Position numbers and translations under genes: made by a program
Notes under the pieces: generated by a model
Told to the model about the DNA's origin: nothing
The model's database searches: none
The model's input: the letters and a program-made list of their open reading frames with translations, nothing else
Shown here: in pieces, positions 17,873-32,149 of the stretch
Position numbering within the stretch: position 1 is the stretch's first letter
Layout of the letters: each line of letters starts with the position of its first letter
Assembly: GCF_009914755.1 (NCBI RefSeq)
Contig: NC_060926.1
Source of the DNA: the human T2T-CHM13v2.0 reference genome, Homo sapiens
DNA: 64,000 nt
Reading direction: 5' to 3' (one strand)

Positions 17873-20800
17873 TAAAAATGTTCATTGAAGCTATCAACAA
17901 ATGATTGCAGTTACTCCATGGATGTAAGGAATGAAGGCTTTCTTATGAGTGCATCCTGTTTCTAATTCAAATCATAAGGAATGTCTTTCAAGTAAGGCAT
18001 CACTCATGGACTTGTAGAATACCCAGAGCTACATGAACCATTGTTGTTGTTTAAGGGAGAAAGAAGTTTGAATGAACTGGAGAGTAGCCTGTATGAGTCT
18101 AAGCTAACTGTAGCAGTATTATAATCAAGTACAGCTAAATTAGTAAGGTCACATTTAACAAAACATTAGCATCCCAGTAAGAAAAAATGAATTGATTAGC
18201 TTCAGTCATGATTAGAGTTTCTATTTTAGTAATTTATAATGTATTTGCCATCATTAAGGTCATACTTTGGTGGTAAACATATTTCTTCCAGTTTTTCCTC
18301 TAGTTCAAGTTGTGCATTTTCACACTCAAATGTGAAATTGATGAATCCAGGGACAGAGATACTTTTCATCTACTAGAAGTTTGAAAAAATAAATCAATAG
18401 CTCTGGTAGTGGAATGCTTCTGATGTAATGCATGCTTTGGACATCCATTTCCAATTCTGTAAATCTGTTTCTTTCCCTGAGGCTCCTGGTCCCTTTACTT
18501 GCAGTAATAACTAGAGTCTTATTTATAAAAAATCCACAGTGTATACTTACAAAACTCATCCAGCAGTTTCAATTCTGTGATTAGTGCACCACAAATATGC
18601 AGTTCTGGAGTATCAAATAGTCAAACGTTAAGCATATATTTAGGGCATCATCATAGCAGCTGATAATTTACATTTGACAAGCATCAGGTTTATTATCAAA
18701 ACTTTTTGGACATGTTTAGACTTATTTTAAGGTTATTATTTTCTTTCATGTATGTTTAATGGGAGACAATTTAATATGTTTAATGCTTAGGACTTTGAAT
18801 TCCTTTTTATAGACTTGCAAATATGCCAAGTAATGTTATCTTCCCTGTACTCATTCTCACATTGTTTCTTGTTTGTATAATGCCTTTCCTCACATATGCT
18901 CTCACTGAAATCTAATAAGCTTTAAAGATTAAGTTAATTCCTTACTCCAGCAATTTCTGAGTCATAATAGATAAGAAGTTCTGTATGCCAAAAGCCTTTT
19001 ATTGTTTAAAATATTTATTTTGAGAATTAAAACTTAAAATCATAAATTTTATTTTGTGTAATAATGATTAGTACATATGTCTAAACACCTTTATAAGATT
19101 ACAAAGACAAAATTTCTATTTCAAAATCAACCATACACTTTTCTGAGAGAGAGCTTAGAACTCACATTCTGTATCTGATTAAGTTCAGTTTACATAATTT
19201 AACTGTTAGGACGTCAACAGCCAAAAAGCTGGTGGAGTCAGAAATAGCAATTATTTTTCCTGTCTTTCGATTTTGTATTCTCTACCAAACTGTCTTGCAC
19301 AGTAATTAGCATATGATTAATATTCATTATTATTGAATTTAAATATTTAAAAATTTTGTGTAACTCAAGACAATTCATAAATAATCTTGAGAAAATACAT
19401 TCCAATGCAGTTTTATTTTCTATCAATATGCACACATCCAGTTAGCATTGGGTTATGCTGTATTCTGCTGACTCAATTTTTCACTCAGGTTCATGTCTTT
19501 GTTCCTCTTGCACATATCTGAACACACACAACCTGGTGGACACTCTATGCTGGGTAGACACTACTACAATGAAACATGAATAAAACATATACTCTGTCCT
19601 GTTGGCAAGAGCTTTCTATCCTCTCGTGTGAGTAGCACAGACATTAAAAGCTATATTTTAATTCCTGCTAAATATAGTACTGCAATCTCACTAGTTAGTA
19701 TTATTTTAATTCTATTAAGAGGTATCATTGAGGTTTCATTACAACAGGATCCTATAATTCTCTCAGGAAATAGGATCTCTGCTTTGGTGGAGCTTTAATT
19801 TTAGTGAATACCATGTAACACGTGACCCAACCCTTTGTGCAAATGTCTTCATTCAAATATTGACTTGGCATAGGACAAACCTCTGAATAATGACTTACAG
19901 TGGAATTCCAATTATGTAAGTTTAATACATTATAAAGAACACAGTGGACTTTTTCTTAGGAAATTTAATTTTGTTATTTTCAAATAGAATAAGTGTTCTA
20001 GAATATTAATCCCAAGACAGAAAAAGATAGCATCATCAACTTGTCTTCAGTCATTTGTTTTAAATGCAATTTTGCCGTTTTATGAGAACAGGTATTACTG
20101 TATTGCTTAGTGACATTTCCCAGGAATTGCAATTTCATATCTATTATTCCCTATCTTTGAGACAAAAAAGAACTAGAATCTTATGTATATCACCATAATT
20201 CATCAGATAAACACTTACAAGAGAAATATGTATCATTTCAATACTGATCTCTCTCTCTTCTCTAGACACACACATACACACACAAAGTCACTAACTAAAC
20301 TTATTTTGGAAAATCTAAAGGAGCCAACATTTCTACTTGAATTGAACCAAAACATTTTCTCATAGCCAAAGAGTTGAGTAACTTTCAGATAGTATATTAT
20401 ACAAAATTTATCAGAATAAATTCTTGGAAATCTCATAGTAACCCATGTAATCCTTCCCCAGACCACTTTTAGTGTGTAAACCAAAAGTTAAGAACTGTCC
20501 ATCTTAAGGTATGTTTCATATTGATATACACAGTAAACTTTACTCACATTGAAAATCAAAATATTCAACATGAAAATCCATATTTCAAAATTCCATTGGC
20601 AAATCAGAAAACATGACTACAACGGGTGCATGTTTTTGCAATGTAACAACTGCCTCCCTTGAGAAAAGAAGTTATTTTTCCAGTTTCTTCCCACAACTAT
20701 CTATTGTGTTGATTCTGAGGCCAAGAGACAAATACCATGTTTCTCTCTTATATCTGGATGGATTCATTCATTCATGTCTTTTCTCTGGCCCTTTAGGCAT

Positions 20801-22212
20801 TTGAGGTATGGCCATTATCTTGGAAAGTTTTAGGATGTCACCAAAGACTTTAGAAAATAGAAGATCTTCCCATCACAGTTTTCCCATATTCTACTGCTTT
20901 TTTCTTTTTAGACCAAGTGCCTACCACTTTTCTTCTTGAAATTTTCTAGGTTTATTTATATTATTACCATTTTTTGAACTTCTATTTTTATTCTGTAGAC
21001 AAGATTCCAAAAATTATCTTGGATTTTTTTCCAATGTCTTATTATTTCACATGTAGCTTTAACAATATCAGAAACTTAGGTTCCTAAGCATTTTCTTTTA
21101 CTGCCAAGAGTTCCATATTTTAAATATATTTCTCTGATTTCATTCTTATTTTCTTTAAATATGATGAATTGAAAATCTTGTTTCTGAAGGTATTGAGATT
21201 TAGTTACTGTTTTGCCAAAGGGTTTTGATGATGAACAAGATTATTTAAGTCACATATTGCTGTGAAAGTCAGAGCAAGAACAAAATTTGCTAAATAAAGG
21301 TTTTCACTCTGTTTTGCCTCCAGGATTGTGTTGCACAGCATATAATATGTTGATACATTACTGATAAAATAGCTGCTTGCAATGATACAAATTAATAGAA
21401 GAGATTTATCATTTTTATCAAGTAATAGAAACAAGTACACTCCTAGGAAATAGGACTTATCTCTGAATTAAAGCAATTAAAATCATGCCACTGAACCTCA
21501 CAACCTTAGTCTTGTGAGGTTATTTAAAATTGCTTCTGGTCATATGAAATACATTTTTAATGAGTAACATAGAGGGATGGGAGTACTGAAGGATATAAAC
21601 ACTTCTTGGTAAACATCATTTTGAATCCCTTGTAAAGTATATGTCACATCAAACTTAATCCTATTATACACTTTTGTTACAAGAGTTATACTTCCACTAT
21701 TGTGGCTTTAGGAAGTTGGGGTTTTTCGTATTCCAAGAATAATGGGAAACTTCTTTTGTTTCATGGTTTACTATTGATATATAGTTCTCTTTTAAATACA
21801 TGGGTCCATTTTAATATACAAGGTGTATCTACAGGTTGCCTTTACATACTTAGAATGTATAATTATACATATTTTTAGAAGCACATTATCGAGACATTTC
21901 ACAAAAAAATTTACAACTTGTCCAGTGACTAAGGACGTTATGCAATTATTCCAGTTATCCTGTTGGCATTCTGAACTATAAACATATTGTTCAAAACATT
22001 TAGATTAGGAAAAGAGTTTAAAAAAGCATGAAAATGGGCATTCTTTGTTCGATTTTTCGTAAAGATATTAGAATCATATATTCACTAAATTAGAGAGATA
22101 AAAGTAACATTAAAGTCACAATATAATTTTAACATAAACATTTTACACCCATAGTAGTACAAAATTGTTTCATATCATAGAGCAAATGTCATTGGTCTCA
22201 ATTAACCAGACA

Positions 22213-22486
22213 CAGTTGACCCATGAACAATAGTGGTTTGAACTGTGCCGGTCCTCTTACAAAGCTGTGGTTTTTTAGCCAAAAGCCATCCAAAAATATA
22301 GTATTTTCGGAATGCAAACCTGCATGGACAGAGGGCCACCTTTCCTCCATGCAGGCTCCTAAGGCTGATGCAGAATTTGAGTATGTGCAGACTTAGGTAT
22401 ATATGGGGGATGAGTATATGTTAGCAGATTTGGGTATGTGTGGGGGATCTTTGAACCAACCCCAAGTGTATACCCATAGATAACTA
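22213..22486 (-). mobile_element. MER8 (TcMar-Tigger MITE)
   Basis: CAGTTGACCC.TGAACAA...GGTTTGAACTG start and GAACCAACCCC...GATAACT end followed by TA; collinear with the reverse complement of MER8. Confidence 0.85.
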
Positions 22487-23090
22487 TAACACTATTTATA
22501 CTCTTTATTTGTATTGTCATGACCAACTATTTTGGAGAAAGAACTTGCATTACATAATATTGGAAATAGGTTTTTTTTGGAACTCAGACCAGCATAAAAC
22601 TGGAAAACATGTTAAATGAATAATTGTATAGCATATCCCACTCCTTGGATTCCTACCAAGAGGTCTTTGAAAAGGTGAGGTAAATACGGCCAAGAGGTAA
22701 AGTTAGAAACACATTTTTAAAATCAGTTTCTTGATTTGATATTAAATGGTAGAGAATTTAAACTTCAGGCAATAAAAGAATATGAAAGATCTTTCAAAAC
22801 ATTATTTCAATAGTTGTCATCATTGTCTATAGTGTGTAGGTTATTTTGTCTCTGTATATTTTAAACACCTTTGGAGAAACCTGCTGTGTATTTGTTGTAA
22901 CAAGTCAAAGAGACAATTTCACTTTTCTCTAGATAATTAAAATTGTCACAGCCTAGGTCTAATAATGCTTTCACTATTTATCTTTAGTTTTTTTCTTATA
23001 TGTTTGTTTAAATTAGATTTAAAACGTATGATAAAAGCATTCCACATAGTCACTTCTCTAAGAAAAAAACTACATTTAAAACAAATTTCA

Positions 23091-23384
<294 letters not shown>

Positions 23385-24359
23385 TCAAAACCACATTATT
23401 ATTTCAGGTGAACAAATTTAGATGTTTGATTTTCTCTAGACTATCTGCTTCTGTGCAACGCTTCCCCATCCCATGTTCTTACCCCCCACCTTGCCTTAAG
23501 TGCACATTCAGTTTATAATTTAAATATTTGACAGTACCTTCCAAGACATAAAATATTGCTCTTTTTTCCCTGCTCTGGATTTTCTTATATCATAATTGTC
23601 AATGATCTCAATTAACCAGACATATAGGAATAATATCACAACTGTGAAAGTTAAAAGTACATGAAATTCTAAACAGCTGTTTTAATCATGTCTGATTACA
23701 GAACTTTTGAAATAAATTTTGAGTTATAACTTAAAACCCAGGGAAAATTTATATTATGATTAAAAGTTATTACAAATCACACCATAATTTATTTCAAAGC
23801 ATGTGAATTCTAGATATTCATGTTAGAATTTTATTTGTATTGTCAAGGAAAATGACATGCACTTGCAGGAAAAAAAAACGTTGACAACAGAGATAATGAT
23901 AACCTAGGCTCGCCTGAAATGTTCCATTACAATAAGAAATTATTAATCTGAAAACTCCCACATATTGGCATATTGAAAGCTATCGCTATTTTTGTTTATT
24001 TGAATAATTTCCAATTTTTATTTCTTGTATAATGGTATTTTATTATTTTCTTTTTAGTTACATCCATAAGTTTAGAAAATTATGTTCCCTCTGAGATATA
24101 GAATTTTCATCTTGTATAAAATATTAAGAAAAATTATCTACTTTAACATAAACTCTAATGTAAGGAGTTAAAAATTATATCCATTGGCTTCTGAAAAGAC
24201 CATGAGCTACCTTTCTTGATCTAGATAATCATTTCTTTTCATAGTAGTTGCACATGTTTTGTAAGAAGGGAAAAAGGAGATAAAACTAGCATATTCAAAG
24301 AGTTAAGAACACAAATTCTAGCTTCATTTGTGTTTGGTCTCTAAGAAAGATGGCATGTG

Positions 24360-25345
24360 TGAAGGGGTGGGTTGCACCTCCACACCTGTGGGTTTTTCTC
24401 CTTAGGTGGAACGAGAGACTTGCAAAAGAAAGAGACACAGAGACAAAGTATAGAGAAAGAAAAAAGGGGGCCCGGGGGACCGGCGTTCAGCATACGGAGG
24501 ATCCTGCCGGCCTCTGAGTTCCCTTAGTATTTATTGATCATTATTGGGTGTTTCTCAGAGAGGGGCATGTGGCAAGGTCATAGGATAATAGTGGAGAGAA
24601 GGTCAGCAGGTAAACAGGTGAACAAAGGTCTCTGCATCATAAACAAGGTAAAGAATTAAGTGCTGTGCTTTAGATATGTATAACATAAACATCTCAATGC
24701 CTTAAACAGCAGTATTGCTGCCCACATGTCCCACCTCTAGCCCTAAGGCGGTTTTCCCCTGTCTCAGTAGATGGAATATACAATCGGGTTTTACACCGAG
24801 ACATTCCATTGCCCAGGGACGAGCAGGAGACAGATGCCTTCCTCTTGTCTCAACTGCAAAAAGGCGTTCCTTCCTCCTTTACTAATCCTCCTCAGCACAG
24901 ACCCTTTACGGGTGTCGGGCTGGGGGACGGTCAGGTCTTTCCCTTCCCATGAGGCCATATTTCAGACTATCACATGGGGAGAAACCTTGGACAATACCTG
25001 GCTTTCCTAGGCAGAGGTCCCTGCGGGCTTCCGCAGTGTTTTGTGTCTCTGGGTACTTGAGATTAGGGAGTGGTTTGAGACTAGGGAGTGGTGGTGACTC
25101 TTAACGAGCATGCTGCCTTCAAGCATTTGTTTAACAAAGCACATCTTGCACAGCCCTTAATCCATTTAACCCAGAGTTGACACAGCACATGTTTCAGGGA
25201 GCGCAGGGTTGGGGGTAAGGTTACAGATTAACAGCATCTCAAGGCAGAAGAATTTTTCTTAGTACAGAGGAAAATGGAGTCTCCTATGTCTACTTCTTTC
25301 TACACAGACACAGTAACAATCTGATCTCTCTTTCTTTTCCCCACA
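24360..25345 (-). mobile_element. HERV-K(HML-2) solo LTR, LTR5B-like
   Basis: Minus strand starts TGTGGGGAAAAGAAAGAGAGATCAGATTGTTACTG and ends CCCACCCCTTCA; 6-bp TSD CATGTG at 24354-24359 and 25346-25351; AATAAA (minus) at 24530-24535. Confidence 0.96.
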
Positions 25346-26518
25346 CATGTGCTTATAAAAAATAGCAAGAGAATTGCACTCATGCTAAGTATATTCTATC
25401 CTTTACGTACTCTGCTTACTATTTCTCTAACACATATTTATATATGTATTTTATGCTACATTTGACTTTTTCTTAAAAATAAAGTAAATTAATTTAGAGC
25501 AACCAGTTTCATAAAGTTAGCTGTTATTTCATGTTCACCTTAAATCAAAAAGTAATTATATATGAACATTCAGAGGAAAATAATATATGGACAACTTTTC
25601 CTACATCAGTTACAAATGGGGTCAATAAAAAAATCACAGTTTTCAACACGGAAGGTATTATTACCTTTAATTTATCATAAATCTATCATATATATTATAT
25701 TCAACATGATATATATGAAAAGTGTATATATTCAACAAAAGATAGGCATATATTTGTTGAATCTTCTCATTCACATATTGCCAAATTTTGAATTTTAGAA
25801 AGATAAAAGAAATAAAACTCTTTGCTTTATTGTTGTTCAATTATGCACGAAGGTATGCCTCATGTACAATTATAACATAAAGATACTAGATCAATCATTT
25901 CCAAATATAAACCAGTTATTAAATCACTGAGATGGATTACTAAACATACATTTTTGAACATTTAGCATATAAACAGTAGTTTCTTTTTTCAATTCACTTC
26001 AACATGTTTCCTGTGGATGGAAGGGGTTCGTATCATAAATCACTTATCTAATAACTTAATTGACTTTACACGGTTGTGTTTGGGGCTAAAAAAATCAGAC
26101 ATATTGTAAGGGCTAATGACACTTTGTAAGCTTTCTAATTGTGATAGCATGATAATTAGAAAGAACCTGATGCTGTTTCTTTCAATATTTGTTACTGATT
26201 GAATCTCCTACCAAAAAACAACCTCCACATACACAGGTATGTTCCTCCCATATTCATCCCCATGGCCTGAACAATTGCTTGAACAGAGCAGATAATCAAT
26301 AAATGTCTTCTAAATTGAATCAATTAAAATAATTTTAAAGGCAGTCACAATATCTTTTTAAAATGTACGTAGGAAATTTTCTAGTATGCAGTTTTGAGTT
26401 ACATAAAATTCCCATTCACAAAACTGATATGTGTCAATAAAAACATTTCAATGATAAAAATTATTATGCATTTTATTCTTTTTGTGATGAAAATAGAAAG
26501 CAGTGTTCTGACTTGGTA

Positions 26519-26581
26519 ATCCTATAGGGATAACATGATTAAATATATTATCCTATAGGGATAACATGAATTAAATATATT
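26519..26581. repeat. 31/32-bp tandem duplication
   Basis: ATCCTATAGGGATAACATGA(A)TTAAATATATT occurs twice. Confidence 0.96.
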
Positions 26582-26739
26582 TATAACATTGCCAGGGCTA
26601 TAATTTCAAACAATTTTTGCATACTGAATTACTAAAGAAAGCTACCACCCTCTAAATTGATGGTGACTAATAAAGAGAAGGTAAAAAAAAGAGGCAAAGA
26701 CAATTTAATAAATTATTATTTACTATTCATTAGGATTTA

Positions 26740-27138
26740 GCTCTCTGTAACATGACTTTTTCACTCTTCCCAGCAAGAAGTGGAGTTGAGCTCCCCATCT
26801 CAAATCTTGACCATGTAACTTGTTTTGGCTTATATAATAAGAGATTTCTAAATGTGACAGGAAGAGGCTTGGGCAGTGATTGCTCATTGGTAGATGTCCT
26901 TTCTCATTGCTTTTGGATACTCATGGCTCAGTTTCCTGAATGCCCAAGCCATCTGCTAGCTTATCAGGGAAGTTCCAAGCAGAGTGGCGCTGCACAAGTG
27001 AGTCAAGGCAACAGCAGCAAAGCAAGGTCCAGCAGATCCCAGGAAAATTTCCAACCCACATCATTACCTAATAATTCTTTATTGTTTTTAGCCACTGGTT
27101 TTGCAGTTGTTTCTTACGCAGTTAAACCTAAATGATAG
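26740..27138 (+). mobile_element. MaLR LTR (MLT1G/H-like), diverged
   Basis: CCCAGCAAGAAGTGGAGT, CATGTAACTTGTTTTGGC, and a TTGTTTTTAGCCACTGGTTTTG...TTACGCAG terminus. Confidence 0.65.
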
Positions 27139-29087
27139 AGATGGAGATAGTCAGGGTCTTTATTTTTCTCTTATCTGATTCGAATTAAACAGTAAGATCA
27201 GGAAAACAGTACAGTCATCTAAAAGTCAGCCAGTATTTTGACTTGCATGCAGGAATTCCTTCACTCACAGCCATGCCTGGACAAGTTTGAAACATGTTTC
27301 TTGGCAATGTAACTTAGAGAATCCTAGAAAAAAAATAGCATGCGATATCAATAATGCTGAGAAAAAAATATTTTTCAACTGATTAAAAAAGTAATTTGTA
27401 TAGGATTTTAAAAGTTGTCTTCCACTTTAGAAGGAGAGAGTAGGAGAAATAATCAGAGCAAAAATACGCAATACTACTAAACTAAGAAATAGGTAGATAA
27501 CAGTATAAATATATAAAGTGCAGTTAAAATGATTAGTCTTAAGGCTGAAATAAAAACCATCTTTATGGAAGCAAAGATAGGCAGTAAATGGAAATACCTG
27601 ATAAGTAAAAATATCGAAAGAAACCTAAGTAACCAGAGTGGACAGTATTTTGGAGAGATTTTTCAAAGGCAATGATTAAAACCAATCCAATAAATGAAGA
27701 ACTTGTCCTGGGTTTGTGATATAAGAAATTTGTTATACTTGATTTTGATGTTGATTGCAAATGCAGATTCAGGAACAGACAAATTTGAGGGAATTATGAA
27801 AAGATTCTAAATATGATTAAGGAATAGAGGTACAAATTCACTACAAAAGATTAAAGAATATAAATACAGAGAGCTTGGCTAAGTGTAAGTGGCTGAAAAT
27901 AGGACAGCAGGCTCCAAATCCATGATATACATAGAAATAATTTTTAAAAATGTTTTCAGATTCATTTCAGCAATCACAACTCTTTGAAATTTGAACCTAT
28001 ATTATATTTAAAATTAAGAAATTGTTACCCATATACAAAAACGTACATTACATATAAAGGAAAATTTAATGAAATATAGTAACTATTCTTTAATAATGGA
28101 CAGAAAGATGATATGTTTAGAATTCTAAACTTGTGGAAGGCAGTGATGATAACAATTGCCTAATATTTATTCCAGATTATAGCAGCAAAAAGTTGTGTAA
28201 ACAATGCTATTGGATTAATTTCTTCCATTTATTTTCCAAGAGATTCATAATTGCATTCTATAACACACATATAAATGAAAAACAAATAAGTATGAAATAC
28301 TGTATCAAAACATGATGCATCAAAAATTTTAGTTAATAATATAATTACTGTGATTAAGTGTTAAATTTACCTTTGAATTTCCTGTGATACTCTCGTGCCA
28401 AAAACAAAAAAAACTTTAAAAATGCCAGGTTATATATTACTTTGCATTCAGATGAAGCAAGCCTATTTATCAGAAGTAATAAATAACATAATGATGAAGT
28501 CATAAAATCCAGTAAGTTCCTCATGCATCCTCTACATTTCTGTTTCTGATATTATTGAAGTTTTATTCTAACACCTTACAAAAACTGCTTAATATACTGT
28601 GTCTCAATTTTAAGTGGCCTGGAAAATGACATTTATTGGAATTATTGTATTCAGGTAGATATTATGGGGTAGTTATTTGATACTGTGGCTTGAACTCCAG
28701 TGAGAAACTGGTTTAATCCAAGTTAATAAAATATCCTTGTTTGCAGTGTGTCCTACAATCGTTTTTATTATTTATTTTCCAGAGTTACAGCATAGAGCAT
28801 TCTTAAGCTCAAACACCACTGTGATAAATATTAAACCATGTAAGTCTTCTGGGGCGGAAGTAAAAATAGTAGACTTTGAAAGGAATAAGTAAAAATTCCT
28901 CTATAATTTGGAATCGAGATGATAAGTTAAATTTCATCTGAACAGCTGAATTTAGGCAATTCAAATTCTCTGAAAATGTAACTTGTGTACTTTGATATCA
29001 AAAGGATTAATTTAGAAAAAAATCTTTGAACAATTAAAGTCTTATTATTTTAATTTGCTCTTACCGACCACTTGTTATGATAATTTA

Positions 29088-29189
29088 TGATTGGTTTGTG
29101 TTTTGACTTGACATTGGAAAATATAACTTACAGAAATGACAAGGGCTTCCTCAGGGTTTATGTTGCCCAATCAAGGAAATGACGTCATT
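29088..29189. promoter_or_regulatory. Candidate CCAAT/CRE motif cluster
   Basis: TGATTGGT (29088-29095), CCCAATCA (29166-29173) and palindromic AATGACGTCATT (29178-29189); motif evidence only. Confidence 0.3.
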
Positions 29190-31740
29190 CCTATACAATC
29201 ACCTTGTCCAAGATTGCCTGCCAGTTTCCTTGCCATCTTTTCATTGTCATGATCACCATTATGAGTTATAAGCCAATAATTTAATGACCAACAATTTAAA
29301 TGACCTCAATTTCCCTCCACATTCTTCTTTAGTGCATGATATGTTCATTTTACTTTTTAACATCTTTCACGTTTTAGCAAAGTAGTTATTTAAAATGCAT
29401 GCAGAGCTAGAAAATAAATTAGTAGGGTAAAGGGTGTTTCAAGATGATGGAAAATGTGCCTCATGAGCTGTTGCCTTTTCTATTTCACAGCGTTACTGAA
29501 ATAAGGTATTAGAAATGAGTTTTCACAGGTAAATATAAAGCTACTGTATATATTTTTTATTTCAAAGTACATTTCTTTAATGTTTTCACATCATTATCCT
29601 CATTATAGTGAAATCTGAAATAAACAATGCAGTCTATGACATACAGTTGCAGGGTTTAATACCTTGACACATTCAAAATACTCAGGCATTTAATTGAGGT
29701 TTTTATACTGAAGATTTCACTGAAAATGTGTAGATCATTTTTACGGTTTGCTGATATATTTTAATTTGTGTTTATAGACAGTAACTAATTTTACCTACAT
29801 TTTTTATGTTACCTGAACATCTATATTTTCTAGAACTATTTGGAACAACTAGCACTTTTGTTGGAATGAGACAAATAAGAATGTACATTTTGAAAAGCAA
29901 CCTTTGTATTGGCAGAGCCAGTGAGCATAATAGTTGGCTACAGTTACAGTGGTGTAAAATTTATAAATTACTATATATTTCAATACTTTTATATTGTTTC
30001 CTCTCATTTTCTTCTTTGAAAATTTTCTTCTGCAAACCTAATGCAATATGTTGAACATGTTTTATTCTCTTTATTTTCTCCTAGGTTATGATTTTTGCAA
30101 ACCATATTTTTTTCTCATTTCTCAAAGCATCCATTTTGAATGTTGTCAATGGATAGGTCAAAAAGTAATTTTAACTTGATAAAACTGTCCAAAAATTAAA
30201 ATATGTCATAAGTTATTTTTATAGATATTTTATGCTTTATTTTTCTAAACATATCTCTGAAACAGATTTTTGAAAAAATGGGTCACATAGAGAAACACAT
30301 AGAAAGAAAAAATGCTGCAAAAGATATAGAAAAAAAGACAGTGCCAAGGATAAACTAAAATTTATACTGTTTAGCTCTGGTCCGATGTTATAGGTGTCAC
30401 AGGTGTGATTGCTGCAGTTTTACCAGATTATATTTTGACTGCAAGGCACATAATAAAGAGTATTATGTGGCTGGATTCCAGAGTCCAGAGGAGAAAATGT
30501 ACATCATATTAAAGTGCCTAAAATGGGCTGCATTTAAAATTGTAACTAATTTTTAAAACTTTGCTTTTTACTAGATTTAATACAATTTCTGATTGCTATA
30601 GAAGACCCAGGCAAATGTACTACCATCTATTAACACAAATTCTCAGACGGCCACATCATACTTTAATGTGAAGAAAAGAGAGCCATGTGGTTCTCCATAA
30701 AATTTTATAAAATTTCTGGGCAGTAGACCTTACACTAGTGATAACATTGCCCTCACAATGATATGCCAGATAGTTTTATGCAAGTGAATTAAAGTAAAAT
30801 AATGTACAGATCAGCCTAAAAGGAATATGTCCATTAAAAACCTATCATATGGTTATTTTGTCTTGACTCTCACTAAATTAAAGCAGATTATAGGAATCTT
30901 AGCAACTGAGGTTTTATGAATCCAAATATTTTCTCTCCTACAAAAGGTCCTAGAAGTTCTGGCACATTAACTCCTCTATTATATATGAACAGAAATATCA
31001 CAAAGTGCAGATTGCAATGAATTTAGCTTTATACAGTCATGACATTCTGTCTTCAGAGAATTGGGCTTATTCATCATCCCTGATGAAGGTAGAAACACAC
31101 CTTCATCTCATTTAAATAAAACAAGAACTTTTTAACCTAGAGTTTATTAATACGTGAAGATCCCTAAAGTTTCATGCAAATGGGTGCATAAGCCAAATTG
31201 AATTTTTTGGAGGAGAGAATCAAAATGGGGACATGACTCTTAAAAGAATTACAATGACTATATAAAATTGTATAGATATGAAAATATAATTTTCTTTTCA
31301 TTTATTCCTTTAATCAGCAGTTTTCCTGTTGTTTTTTTCTCATTGGTTTGTATTAATTTTTGACTTTTCATATATAACAAATAGTAGACAGTATTCCAGA
31401 TCCCACCAACTATTGATTTTTTAATTTGATTTTTGAAAACTTTGTTTGTGATACCTCCTCTAGAGATTAAATAAATAAATGGCTGGTTTTATTCAATTAA
31501 GAAATAGATTTGTTTTCTAATGATGAAATGGCATTTACCAATCCAACATTCATTGCTCCTTAAATATAATCTGAAATTTTATGGAGTAGATTATTCTTTG
31601 GTGCTGAGGGAGAGATAAAAGAGACAGGCCAGTGAAATTTTCACATAGCAACTTCTTATCTTCTATTTTTCCAGAAACTCTGCCTTTGTAAAGTTATGAA
31701 AGTTTTAAAGTTTTTAAATTATGAGTTTTTAAAGTCATAA

Positions 31741-32149
<409 letters not shown>

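Noticed and set aside
18326-18559. 77-aa ORF in apparently unique DNA
   Set aside because: No recognisable homology, splice context or codon signal; the length is within chance.
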